Assembly (NCBI GenBank): GCA_963817915.1 | Contig: CAWFQL010000006.1 | Coordinates: 128,001-192,000, forward strand | Source: an uncultured candidate division Zixibacteria bacterium | Lineage (GTDB): Bacteria > Zixibacteria > MSB-5A5 > UBA10806 | Length of the DNA stretch: 64,000 nucleotides | Direction: 5' to 3' | Part shown: positions 25,927 to 36,691 of the stretch, in pieces | Numbering within the stretch: position 1 is the stretch's first letter | Layout of the letters: every line of letters starts with the position of its first letter | Notes under the pieces: model-generated | Told to the model about the DNA's origin: nothing | Database searches by the model: none | What the model saw: the letters and a program-made list of their open reading frames with translations, nothing else | Translations under genes and position numbers: made by a program

Positions 25927-27603
25927 CTATTGTACAGGATTCAAGAACCAGTCAAGCATTCTGCGAGTAACCGCTACTGCCTGTGATTTCTCCATAAAGT
26001 ACAACGGGAACGAGAAATATGAGGTTTTGTATCCTGTCGTCGTGAATCTGATTGCCGCAGGCAAATTTGCGTAGCGTGAGGTATCCGGATTAATCGCGCG
26101 ATAAAGATAGATCGTTTCCGATAATCCCTCAGGCGAGTCGCCTCTAACCAAAGTCTCTACGCCGCGCAACGCCTCCGCATAGTGATTGCTTGCAGTGGAT
26201 GTATATGAGACTCTCAATGTATCAACATAAATATCTTCGAATCCGGGCAGAATTGAAATTGCTCCGGAAAATTCAGCAGCCAAAGGCTCCGACCGCTTGG
26301 GAGTATTTACCGATATCAAATCAAGATATCTGTGTTGCAGGCTCGTAGAAGCAAAATTGACCTGTCCGTCACTTGAAGCCCCTGCAAGCGGGTTTTCGAA
26401 CGATCGACGCCCAACAACCCAGAGCATTCCACCAACATTTAAATAAGCCTTGTAGAACGCACGCTGGTCGGTCGAAACCGGTCCGTAGAGCGTATCCAGC
26501 CCTGAAGGGTCGGTAGCCAGGAAGGCATCGATATTTACTGCCATTACCATGCGATAATTGTATAGAATATCTTTATCGACTAAGAGAGTGCCATTTGTTG
26601 AGTACCAATCGTATTCTGATGGCGAATATCCGGCGGAATCCAAGAGCTGTGTATAGAATTCCCTTACGCTATCAGCGAATATGCTTCTCAGCTCGCCAGG
26701 CCTGTTTGTGGCATATCGGCTATGCTCAACAAGAAGGATCTTCTTAAAGTCGCTATTTCTAATCCATTGAGGTTCGAATACAGATATTACGCCGGTCGCG
26801 GGGACTTCAGCCGGTACGAGCGCGTCATCCCTGTTTCGAGCGTAAATCATATAGTAGCCTGTCACGAAATTTATAAGGCTCGTGCTCTTATTCATTGTCC
26901 AGTCCGAATGACTCTGCTCATCGATCAATGCCCAATATAAATGAGCCGGCAGCGTATCCGCGGAAGCGCTATCCGCGAACGGCCCGTAAGCCCTGACCTG
27001 CCATTGAAAATCGGGCTGCAATCCGGGGTAATCGAGCGAATCCTTGCCATCCCAGGCGATCGTGATTCCCTGCCATCTGGATGTCGATTCCGGCAAGCAC
27101 CATTGAGTAGAATCAGGCAATACTACTCGGCAAGTTGGGGGATGGTTCTTTCTTGAGAGCAAAAGATAAATTGTCGACGATGACGCGTTATCATCATCGA
27201 TAGCCCTCATAAAGACAAATTGATCGATGTAGACGGAGGTATCCTGCGACGAGTAAAGGAATACCTTTGTTTGGCTGATGTTGCCCGCTAATTCTGTCCA
27301 GGTTGCGGTATCAGGGAAACTATTTATGATGGCATCCGGACCGCCGTTACTATTGACATAGTCCGCGAGCAAGATTGAATAACGGTAAGCTTCAATCTGT
27401 CCGTCTTTATCGGTTCCCCACCATTTTATCGTAGGGTTCATTGTATAACGGGTCGAATCTATTGGAATATCCGCCCAACGAATTTGTGGCGCCACGTTGG
27501 GAACTACAGCGCCTTTACGGCTTGCAGGTCCGCAACTAATTAACAACACAGTTACCATTCCAAGGGCAAGTAGCGCGAGCAAAATCCTTTTTGTATTTAT
27601 CAT
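25927..27603 (-). CDS. Predicted lipoprotein with Ig/FN3-like N-terminal repeats, unknown function
   Basis: Lipobox LISC; repeats WWGTDKDG..RAIDDD and WDGKDS..RNRDDA. Confidence 0.75.
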   Translation of the reverse strand: MINTKRILLALLALGMVTVLLISCGPASRKGAVVPNVAPQIRWADIPIDSTRYTMNPTIKWWGTDKDGQIEAYRYSILLADYVNSNGGPDAIINSFPDTATWTELAGNISQTKVFLYSSQDTSVYIDQFVFMRAIDDDNASSSTIYLLLSRKNHPPTCRVVLPDSTQWCLPESTSRWQGITIAWDGKDSLDYPGLQPDFQWQVRAYGPFADSASADTLPAHLYWALIDEQSHSDWTMNKSTSLINFVTGYYMIYARNRDDALVPAEVPATGVISVFEPQWIRNSDFKKILLVEHSRYATNRPGELRSIFADSVREFYTQLLDSAGYSPSEYDWYSTNGTLLVDKDILYNYRMVMAVNIDAFLATDPSGLDTLYGPVSTDQRAFYKAYLNVGGMLWVVGRRSFENPLAGASSDGQVNFASTSLQHRYLDLISVNTPKRSEPLAAEFSGAISILPGFEDIYVDTLRVSYTSTASNHYAEALRGVETLVRGDSPEGLSETIYLYRAINPDTSRYANLPAAIRFTTTGYKTSYFSFPLYFMEKSQAVAVTRRMLDWFLNPVQ

Positions 27604-27621
27604 TTTATCGCCTGCCTCCCC

Positions 27622-28572
27622 TTAAAATTTGATTCCGAGTGAGAATCGGTTTACGTTGTCGAGAAACCCGAGATCCTGATAGGCATAATCGAGGTTGAGA
27701 TTGAACGAAGATAGCGGTAATCTTACGCCCGCCCCGAATGTCATTCCGCCTCCGACCTTGCTCTTATCGTAGTAGTCCTGATTGAATTTCTTGCCGAGTC
27801 TTAACGCAAATGTGCCGTTGTACCAGTATTCCAGTCCGACACCGTATTTTTCGAGATTATCATTGGGATGCTGCGCCTGGGCCGCGAATGTCAATCTGGA
27901 ACGCTCCGATTGTACTACATCGATTGATGTGCCAAATCTAAAATCGGTCGGCAACGGATATGATTCCGATATGAATGTCATATCCGGGCCAAAATTGGCA
28001 ATCGTCATGCAGATTTTGAAATTGCGGAATCCGGTATCATAATAAGTACCCAGATCCATCGCCCAGCCTGTCGCCTTTTCCACTTCGATAAATTCCGAAA
28101 TGTACTTGGCAGTGATTCCAATCGAGAATCGATCAGTCAAGCTTGCGCTGTATGAAAGGCCAAACGCATAGTCCGATGCCGTGAATGTCTCGCCGGTCCC
28201 CGCTGGAGCTGAGTAATCGGTCACCGGCATGTCACCCATTGTTAGCATGTAAAATGATGCCCCAATCGTACCTGCAATCTGCGGAACAGGAATGGCTACG
28301 CCCGCAAATTCGTAATTGATTCCCGCGGGGTAAGCGATATGAGTGAACATCGCCTCTTTTTTGGTCAGCAGGGACAATGCCCCCGGATTATAATACAGGA
28401 CCGAAGCGTCATCCGAAACTCCCAGAAACGCTTCACCCATTCCTACCGCCCTGGCTGAAACGCCAATCTGCAGGAATTTCGCCCCGGCTGTGCCGACCTT
28501 CGCCTGACCAAAGCAAATAGCCGGGTACATTAGCAGGATTGCCAAAGGCAATATCAATACAATTCTCTTCAT
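27622..28572 (-). CDS. PorV/PorQ-family outer membrane protein
   Basis: KVGTAGAKFLQIGVSARAVGMGEA..DASVLYYNPG signature; ends FSLGIKF. Confidence 0.88.
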   Translation of the reverse strand: MKRIVLILPLAILLMYPAICFGQAKVGTAGAKFLQIGVSARAVGMGEAFLGVSDDASVLYYNPGALSLLTKKEAMFTHIAYPAGINYEFAGVAIPVPQIAGTIGASFYMLTMGDMPVTDYSAPAGTGETFTASDYAFGLSYSASLTDRFSIGITAKYISEFIEVEKATGWAMDLGTYYDTGFRNFKICMTIANFGPDMTFISESYPLPTDFRFGTSIDVVQSERSRLTFAAQAQHPNDNLEKYGVGLEYWYNGTFALRLGKKFNQDYYDKSKVGGGMTFGAGVRLPLSSFNLNLDYAYQDLGFLDNVNRFSLGIKF

Positions 28573-28587
28573 CTATTTCCTCCCGGC

Positions 28588-31067
28588 CTATTTAATAATC
28601 GCTATTTTACCGATTTTCGACACTCCGCCGCCATCGACGGTATATAAATAAATGCCGGAAACCACTGCTTGCGTATTGCGGCTGATAAGGTCCCAGTGAT
28701 TTACTCCCGGACCATCTGAAGTCGTAGCATCGGAATGTTCTATCTGACGAACCAAATCGCCGTCAATCGTAAAGATTCTGATCGTGCATTGCGGCGGCAA
28801 TCCACCAAACATTATTCTTCGATCAAAATTGGTGTTGCCCGATCTGTCAGGATCTTCAAATCCCTGAGCGAGATACTTATCGATATCGGTTATCTTGTAA
28901 GGATTGGGATAAACCGTGATCCTGCTCTCCGATCCTGTCCGAGCGATCGCGTACACTTTTTTGGCGTTCATTGCCGGTGATGATTCCAACGGGGAAAGCT
29001 TAGTCGCCGGGTTGCCGTAATCATAGGCGGTAACCGCATAGTAAATTCCGTCGGATTCCGAAAGACCATTGATGGTCATCGAATATTTTCTCTCACCCGG
29101 TGTAACTCTTACCTTGTCGAGAGTGTTGTTCCAGCCGTGCTTTACCCAGGCATGCGTCGTATCGAAAAACACAGGATCATTTCGGATCGCTTCAGAAAAA
29201 TCCTCCAACCTACGAGGCGGGTTCTTCCATAGGACCCATTGCGGAGGGAAAGCTCCGGCATCATAATATGTCGAGTCATAATCGATTAGGTCATAGTCGC
29301 CTAAAAGAGTGTAATCATCAATGCGGCCGGATCTCGACATATATACGCGGTAACCTTCGAAATCAATATTGTTCGAGAAAGGATCGGCGAATGTTTCGCT
29401 GTTTTCGCCGTACCAATTCAGCGTAATTGTATTTGTCTGACTGATAATAGTGTCTACCGGAGATGGCGGCGGGGGCGGCCCTTTAAAGTCCGGCACACCA
29501 TCACCTCTGTACCAGAATATGCTGCCGTCAGCTAGCAATTTTGTAGCAGCCTCTGTTGTCGCAGAGTTCTCCCGGCCTGTTAATCACGATACCATCACTT
29601 GTATCGGTGTCCACTCCCGGATTATCATAAACCCATTCTGCCCACTGGGAATTGGTAGCAAAATCCAGGAAATTAAGGTTATTGTAATAGGCTAAAATGC
29701 TGGCGCTATCTTGAGTTTGACCCGGGTTGGCCAGGTTTGTGGAATAATTAGTGGGGTTGGTATGTAAATCCTGCCCGCAGATATAAGCTGTCGTAAGCTT
29801 CAATGTTTGCCCGGCCGCAATTTCCGTAAATGGCCCGAATGAGAATAGGTAACGAGTGTCAAATCCATTGGCAATATTATCTGCGTTAGCGGCTGGAGCA
29901 ATCCAGCCCGGATGCGCTATACCACTCCAAATTTGGTCATAGTCAAATTCGCGATTCGACATGACCTGATATTTGGCTCTGTCTCCACCAGGGGTCCCTC
30001 TGCCCCCTCCCGGGAAAAACCCTCTATAATTGGATAGTAACTGCGGCCCCCAATCCAAAGCTGGAGTTGTGTTGGATATCCACCAGTTAAAGCCAAATTC
30101 CAAGGCTTCAGTCGGAGCCCTGACTACTCTAACCCCGGATACGCCTGTTGGTGATCGATAATCATATGTTCCATCGTAAGGCTGGCCATCATTGTCGGCT
30201 ATCCAGGCAGTATTGATTCTTGTCGTATCCCTCATATTTGGCGATACATAAAGCGAATCAAATCCGCAGATATCGTCCTGGGCGCCCTGTTCCAATCCGT
30301 AAGGATCTTCGGAGCGTATGATAAACGTCGGCATCGATATACATCGCCAGCCAGACATTTTTAAGGTTTCTCTGGCCTATATTTTTGAATTCATAATCGA
30401 ATAGTACGAAGTCTTCAGCGTATTCATAACTCCATGAATAACTCTTCTGTTTGATGGCAAGACGCAGAGGTATATGCTGACGGCCGTCTATCGGGTCGCG
30501 TACTACAAATGAAGATGTTGTGAATGTATCCGTATATGTCGCGATATAGTCCTGTTCAGATTTAGCCGAATCTCCATCAGGTCCTACGAGGTCGCCGTAA
30601 GGGTAAACATTGGAGGGCCTGATTGAACGAACCTCGATCTGTCCATCCGGCGGCATGGCAGGGAATAATTCAAAGGTTTGTGCCCACCAACCGTCATTTC
30701 CAATTGACACGAGAGTATCAAGTTTAGCGTTACCGAGGTTATCCACGGTATCAACTGTCGCGCCTATCCAAAGTGCGCCCTGGAAAAGATAGTTTAAATT
30801 CGATCCGCCCGGATAAACGCATCCCGGCGCGGGGTTAGAAATGCCATCCCAATCAGGGTAAGCTCCATCTTGGCTGCCGAAAAACCCGAAATTGGTGATC
30901 GATAGCCAGATCTTTCCCACTCGATGGACTCTGAGCATCGTATTGGGGAGAACCGCGGGTTTAGCAAAGTACGGCCCTCGACCTCCATTCGTGCTCTCCT
31001 CCATAAAAGCGGCCTGAGTGCTTGCCGAGATTCCTAATAGAAGAAATAGCAATATTAATTTCTTCAT
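28588..31067 (-). CDS. Large secreted protein with FN3-like and T9SS-type C-terminal domains, split by two frameshifts (~30320, ~29540)
   Basis: Signal peptide MKKLILLF at 31067 with GGAGG SD; three overlapping ORFs join into one coherent protein; ends VYPNPY..IFTIDGDLVR..WDLISRN..SGIYLY..GKIAIIK. Confidence 0.8.
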
Positions 31068-31180
31068 CAAAATACTACCTCCATTTCTTCTCCGCGAATG
31101 GCACATTCATAATGATCACCCGGGGAGAAGCATAATAATGAGATTATCTCGTATTTTTTGTCCATGCTTTCCATATCTTT

Positions 31181-31211
31181 AAATAAGGGGGCCGATATTC
31201 AATCGGCCCCG
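31181..31211 (-). terminator. Internal hairpin/terminator after the TBDR gene
   Basis: GGGGCCGAT/ATCGGCCCC stem followed by TTATTT on the minus strand. Confidence 0.6.
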
Positions 31212-31218
31212 TCTTTCC

Positions 31219-34200
31219 CTAAAAATTCATTGCCAAACTAATAATTACCTGTCTGCCAGCTTCAAATAGCGCTGGATCCATGTCAATTGCGGTTCCGGTT
31301 TGTATCCTACGATTTTCATTCTGGCTGGTATAAGGCAGGCCGGTCGTGGCATACACTCCATTGGGATTTTTGGTATCGAATAAATTATTGACTCTGAAAG
31401 AGACAGTATAATTGAGTTTCCAGATCTGGAAATTCTTGTCAAATCTGACATCGAAATTCGAATAACCGGGCATCCTCATGGAATTTGTCAACGGTTCTTT
31501 TGTCACTATCACCAATCCGGGATATTTGACATCGGGGGTAAACGGTTTTCCGCTCTTATATTGCCAGATAAAATTCAACGCCCAATCATCAGGCAATGTG
31601 AATATGCCGATCTTCTGATGATTACCTTTGGACGCTCTGATATCGCCTGTCACCTTCAACTGATGGCGAATATCCCAATCAAGCGGTCTCTCCTGCAGAG
31701 GTATTTCCTGACGTAGGAACCTGGCAAAATAGTCGGCGGATTCCGTAGAATTTTTGCCGTACGCCCAGGTATACTCGTAATCAACTGAACCGGCGAAGAA
31801 CGTGCTTACCTTCTTCTCGATCTGCAGCTCCAGCCCGCGAGCGCGACCATAATCGACATTTGAATAAATGTCAGTGCTGATCGGGCCGTACGACTGCCTT
31901 ATCGAATTTAGCAAGCCATAATAATCTTTATAGAATCCCGAAACGCTCAATATGTATCCGAGAGGCAGAGAATATTGGACACCCAATTCGTATTGGATCG
32001 TCTTCGAGAAATCCAGGTTGGGATTGCCAATAATTCCCGCCGCGCTCGACGCTTGAGTCGCTCTGCGGTAGAAATTCTGGAATTCAGGTAATTGATAAAA
32101 ATGCCCGTAGTTGAAATACAACTTGGCCTTATCAGTCACAGGGAACGAAAACGCGATTCTGGGTGAGAATTTGCTTCTCGAATCAAAAATCTGCTTGTTC
32201 GCCAGATTCTCGCTCTGCAACGCGGCGTTGTTAATTTCGTTGGCCTGGATGAAAAAGTCCCAACGGAATCCTATGTGCGCGATCATTTCACCATATTCCA
32301 TATTATCCTGGAAATAGAATGATCCCTGCTTTGGCCTGCGAGTATAGAAATCCCTGAATACTCCGCGATCCGGCCATTGTCCGCCGTCGGCAGTTCCATC
32401 ATATGTATATTCGGGGTATTGAAGTTGGGCTCTTGATAATTTCATGTCCCTGAATTCAATACCTGATTTTATTTCATGCTGCTTCGAAACCTGGCTGATA
32501 ATATCCAGTCCCAGGGTCGAAATTGCGCTTTGTGAACGCTCATACAATGCCCATTGATCGAACCCGTAATCCCAGAAACGATCCTTACCGTCCCAATGAC
32601 CATTTCCATTCATATCTGCGTAAGGCTCGCCGTAATCATAAAGTCCGTTTGGAGGGTCATACCTGCCATTGTTATTCAAATCGCGATACGGAATGCCCGG
32701 CGTCCATGGATCGCTTGGCCCGTCGTATCTGCCATTATTATTCAAATCCCAAAGGCCGTTCCAGTAATCTGGACCAGTAGGATTATTTGGATAGCCGGTG
32801 AAAACCCCGTCGCCATCTACATCAATAAATTGTTCACCGATAATAACGTCACCATCGGTAAAGGGCTCGGCGTTATCCTCATTAATAACATCTCTCAAGC
32901 CCGGATCAAACACGCCATTGCCATGACCACTGACCTGATAAGCGGAATCGCCTTCATTGAATTGACCGTTATGATCATGGTCAAAGAAAAATTGGTCATT
33001 GGAAATAGCCTCGGGCGGATCCCACCTGCCATTACCATTTAAATCAGTGTATGGCGCGCCGATATCGCCATCATATCTTCCGTTGCCATTAAGGTCAAAA
33101 ACCCTGCGGCCATTGATCGTAGAATCAGGGAAAAATTCATCGATACCGGGTGTATAAACCCCGTCCGCGTTTGAATCAACATATGGCTCGCCGAAAAATC
33201 CGTCGCCGTTGGTATCAAGATAAGGCTCGCCCGGATCCCATTGACCATTATTGTTCCGGTCGGCAAAGCTTTCATAATTGTTCGCATTCAGGAAATCGCC
33301 GGGCGTCAATGTTCCAGGTTTCTGCCTGTAATCCTGAATAAAATAATTGACCTTCAGATTGCCGACTGTATTTCTAAGAAAATCAGGCGTAAATTTTAAA
33401 TTGGCGCCGTAGGTCTCCTTTGATTCGTAAATTGACGGGGCTGTCTGGGGAGTATACAAAAATCTCCAATTAAAGCCCGTCAATGTTTGCCATTGCTTCG
33501 AATAGCTGAAGGAAAAAATATACTTCGAATTGGCATCCATTTTCCAATTCAATTTGCCAGTCGCCGAATACTGATTTGATCTTCTATTGGGAATTTTCAT
33601 TCCCAGAAATTTTTCGTAGCCGTAGTTCATTTTGGATTTTGGCGATGGATAATTATTGTAATCAAGGTATTCATTGGATTTATCAACAGTAAAGCTCATG
33701 AAGTAGGCCATTTTTTCGCCGGGCCATTTCATCCCCAACGACGGGAAAAGCTGGTCGGAAATCGCGGGAATCGGGCCCGAGAGATTCCATTCCATGCGGT
33801 CCTGGTTGAATGAGTACTTATTGAGGTCTTTAAATCCAAAATCGTCCGTAAGGAATTCATAACGGCCTGTCGTGACTTTGTTATCGCCGTCTTTTCGGAC
33901 AATATTGACGATAGCCGAACTGACTCCGCCATATTCGGCATCGAAGTTTCCCTTCAAAACCGACATTTCCTGAACATCATTGGCCGAGATATCAACGACG
34001 GATCTGAGCGACATACCCTGTCCTCCAAAGACGTCTCTCATTTCGACACCATCAACCATGTACGAAATTTCATTACCTCGACCACCGCGAGCGTGGAATA
34101 CACCGCCGGATTTCACAAAGCCCGACGATAATTTCAGCACGTCGCTGACATTGGTTACCGGCATATTCTTAATCTGGTCTGCCGACATTCTCACGTCGTT

Positions 34201-34599
34201 CTGAGTGATATACTTATCGATTGCCTTGCGCGTCGCCACGACTGTGACATCTTCGATTTTGATAGCGTTAGATGTAAGCTTGAAATTCTGTTCGGTGGTG
34301 ATATCAGCGCTGACTTCGACTTTTTCGACGGTTAGTTTATTATACCCAACCGTCTGAGCAACCAAAGTATAAGTTCCGGGGGGGACATTTAAGATAACAT
34401 AGGACCCGTCGAAACTGGCTGCGGCTCCCATGCTTGTCTTATCAACCATTACTGTCGCGCCTGGAATAGGATCGCCCTTATCGTCTGTGACCACGCCGGA
34501 AATCTTGCCTACCTGGCCGGCCATGACACTAGCGGCGATCATCAAACAGATTGGAAAGACAAGAAGAATCAATAAAAACCCAAACCGTTTGATATTCAT
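31219..34599 (-). CDS. TonB-dependent receptor with carboxypeptidase-regulatory-like N-domain and Ca-binding-like loop insertion
   Basis: Start MNIKRF at 34599 (GGAGG SD); GKISGVV..PGTYTL; EDVTVVA TonB-box-like; plug RGGR..YMVDG..GNFDAEYG; GNPNL; VNNLFD; terminal F. Confidence 0.9.
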   Translation of the reverse strand: MNIKRFGFLLILLVFPICLMIAASVMAGQVGKISGVVTDDKGDPIPGATVMVDKTSMGAAASFDGSYVILNVPPGTYTLVAQTVGYNKLTVEKVEVSADITTEQNFKLTSNAIKIEDVTVVATRKAIDKYITQNDVRMSADQIKNMPVTNVSDVLKLSSGFVKSGGVFHARGGRGNEISYMVDGVEMRDVFGGQGMSLRSVVDISANDVQEMSVLKGNFDAEYGGVSSAIVNIVRKDGDNKVTTGRYEFLTDDFGFKDLNKYSFNQDRMEWNLSGPIPAISDQLFPSLGMKWPGEKMAYFMSFTVDKSNEYLDYNNYPSPKSKMNYGYEKFLGMKIPNRRSNQYSATGKLNWKMDANSKYIFSFSYSKQWQTLTGFNWRFLYTPQTAPSIYESKETYGANLKFTPDFLRNTVGNLKVNYFIQDYRQKPGTLTPGDFLNANNYESFADRNNNGQWDPGEPYLDTNGDGFFGEPYVDSNADGVYTPGIDEFFPDSTINGRRVFDLNGNGRYDGDIGAPYTDLNGNGRWDPPEAISNDQFFFDHDHNGQFNEGDSAYQVSGHGNGVFDPGLRDVINEDNAEPFTDGDVIIGEQFIDVDGDGVFTGYPNNPTGPDYWNGLWDLNNNGRYDGPSDPWTPGIPYRDLNNNGRYDPPNGLYDYGEPYADMNGNGHWDGKDRFWDYGFDQWALYERSQSAISTLGLDIISQVSKQHEIKSGIEFRDMKLSRAQLQYPEYTYDGTADGGQWPDRGVFRDFYTRRPKQGSFYFQDNMEYGEMIAHIGFRWDFFIQANEINNAALQSENLANKQIFDSRSKFSPRIAFSFPVTDKAKLYFNYGHFYQLPEFQNFYRRATQASSAAGIIGNPNLDFSKTIQYELGVQYSLPLGYILSVSGFYKDYYGLLNSIRQSYGPISTDIYSNVDYGRARGLELQIEKKVSTFFAGSVDYEYTWAYGKNSTESADYFARFLRQEIPLQERPLDWDIRHQLKVTGDIRASKGNHQKIGIFTLPDDWALNFIWQYKSGKPFTPDVKYPGLVIVTKEPLTNSMRMPGYSNFDVRFDKNFQIWKLNYTVSFRVNNLFDTKNPNGVYATTGLPYTSQNENRRIQTGTAIDMDPALFEAGRQVIISLAMNF

Positions 34600-35019
34600 C
34601 CTCACTCCTCCTTTTCTACACCGCCGGGCATACGCCTGACGATGCACCATTATTATTTTATTAGATTGTATTCAGAAAATTCTACGAAACAGTAGCATTC
34701 AAATTCATTGGTAGGCTTGACGCCCTGACCTCCTGTGCAAGATTCACAATCCCCGCCACACTTACTTACAGACGGCCCCCTATTTTATTCCCCGAAATTT
34801 GTTTTTTTTCGTCCGCAAAGTCAAGCCCTTTTTAGCTGATATCCAATAGAATAGACATACTCGCCCATTACCGTATCAAATGCTAATACCGCGTAAGGCT
34901 GTACCAAGCTCAAATGGACAATGCCGCCGATTTAAAATAGACTCAATAAGTAGTTCGAACTATATTGGCTCTGATTTTGGGAGTTTCCCCAAAATACAAT
35001 TGAGGAATTATCGAAACCG

Positions 35020-35874
35020 CTATTTCACAAATCCCGGAGCGCTTTTCAATAGGTCATTAATCGTATTCGCCGGATACCTTTTAATCTCTTCTTCGCCAAT
35101 ACTCCACTCATTTGAAGTAGCACATTTATCATACATTGGACGGCCTCCGAGATTAACCCACATGAGAATCGGCCATGAATTGAGCATAAAATATATTTCG
35201 GTCACGGAGTCCCTGTTGACAGGGACATCTAATATTTGAACCTTCGCATAGCCGACGGTAGAGGCTGTAAGATCATATGTGCCCGCAGGCACCGATGGAA
35301 TAATAAAAATCCCATCGAAATTCGCTACTTCTCCAATCTTGGTACTATCGATCAATACTGTTGCGCCGGCTAACGGCTCAAAATTTGTATTTAGCACTCT
35401 GCCTCGAATCGACCCAAAGCCATAGGAAGTATCTGCCAAAGCCGCTTTTCGATTCATGAGAATCTTAAATGGCAATCCTTTCGATTGTATGATACTATTA
35501 TGCCTGTAAACCATTTCGTAATATCCCCGTGACGACACTTTGATTCCCGAAAAAAGATCGCGCTGCGTGCCTTTGTAATGAAAATTGCCATTGGTGTCGG
35601 CGACCACCTTAAATGGTCTCTCTTTTCCTGATCTTATCTGCATTTTTATACCCGACATTGCCTGACCGCTGGTATCCACAACCGTCCCATAGACCTTTAC
35701 AGCCCTATTGGGGAGCCCAGCACTGGCTAACCGAATAAATATAAAAAGCAAAAGGATGATTTTCAGATGGATAGCGATAATAGATTTAATATTTGGAGTT
35801 GTTTTCATAACTTTCAGCACTTTTCTCAGAGCTTTATTTATTTCGCCTTTTACTTTTGGTTGTCTTAAGTTCAA
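35020..35874 (-). CDS. Carboxypeptidase-regulatory-like domain protein whose C-half resembles the TBDR N-terminus
   Basis: GSIRGRV..PLAGATV..FDG..PAGTYDL..VGY..INDLLKSAPGFVK; start uncertain (possibly 35808). Confidence 0.7.
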   Translation of the reverse strand: MNLRQPKVKGEINKALRKVLKVMKTTPNIKSIIAIHLKIILLLFIFIRLASAGLPNRAVKVYGTVVDTSGQAMSGIKMQIRSGKERPFKVVADTNGNFHYKGTQRDLFSGIKVSSRGYYEMVYRHNSIIQSKGLPFKILMNRKAALADTSYGFGSIRGRVLNTNFEPLAGATVLIDSTKIGEVANFDGIFIIPSVPAGTYDLTASTVGYAKVQILDVPVNRDSVTEIYFMLNSWPILMWVNLGGRPMYDKCATSNEWSIGEEEIKRYPANTINDLLKSAPGFVK

Positions 35875-36500
35875 TATAAAATTATCTTCCCATTCTCAAA
35901 CACGCTAAGTGGAAATAATCTGAGCATAATTCCTGACCGAGCATAAGGATCAACTCTCATACCAATTATTGTCAACTTCGTATAACCTACCAAGCTAATC
36001 TCCAAATTATACCTGCCCGCGAAAACGCTATCAATGGCAAATAGCCCATCAAAGTAGGAAGTGTCCATCTCGCCAACTCCCCTTAGATGAATTATGGCGC
36101 CAGGTAGAGGATTATTTTGACTATCTATAACCATACCACTTATTTTACCAAACCCGAATCCAGAATAATGATTGCTTAGTTCTCTATGCATTCCGACTTC
36201 AATATCGTAGGTCGTATCAGCCCAAATTCTTACGTTTTCAATCAGAATTTGATAGTATCCGTCTGCTTCGGCGGTCAGATTATAATTACCTTGAGGTAAA
36301 TCGATGATTTCAAATCGGCCCTTCCAATTGCTTTTGGCATCTTTATTATTATATTCATTTTCAATCCAAATTCTTGTATTGGGAACTGGAAATCCATCCT
36401 GGTTTGTCACCGTACCTCTTAATTTTCCAGTTGTTCCGCAAACAGCAATCGAGTGAGCAGATATAAATATTGCCAAAATTGCTATCCAATTGTAAGTCAT
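35871..36500 (-). CDS. Secreted protein with two carboxypeptidase-regulatory-like domains
   Basis: Signal peptide; GKLRGTV..GNYNL and GKISGMV..PLPGA..GRYNL..VGY; GGAGG SD. Confidence 0.75.
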   Translation of the reverse strand: MTYNWIAILAIFISAHSIAVCGTTGKLRGTVTNQDGFPVPNTRIWIENEYNNKDAKSNWKGRFEIIDLPQGNYNLTAEADGYYQILIENVRIWADTTYDIEVGMHRELSNHYSGFGFGKISGMVIDSQNNPLPGAIIHLRGVGEMDTSYFDGLFAIDSVFAGRYNLEISLVGYTKLTIIGMRVDPYARSGIMLRLFPLSVFENGKIILY

Positions 36501-36638
36501 GCGCCTCCATTTAGATAAATCAGAAAGCCAACTTATTTACCTATGATACAATTGTGAGATTAAGTTATTCCCAATAATTCTTTGGGCGGCAATCGTTTCG
36601 ATTGCACCATCGATCACCTCATTCCCCACCCACGCTGC

Positions 36639-36668
36639 AAAAAAATCGGGGCCATTTCTGACCCCGAT
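36639..36668 (-). terminator. Terminator after paralog 4 (related copies at 40248-40279 and 42114-42144)
   Basis: ATCGGGGTCA..GGCCCCGAT followed by a T run on the minus strand. Confidence 0.75.
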
Positions 36669-36691
36669 CAAATACTGAATTGCCTGCTAAA

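Noticed and set aside
34600..34830. Riboswitch in the ~200-nt TBDR leader
   Set aside because: No cobalamin, TPP, SAM or FMN consensus recognised by eye; an Rfam scan would be needed to exclude it
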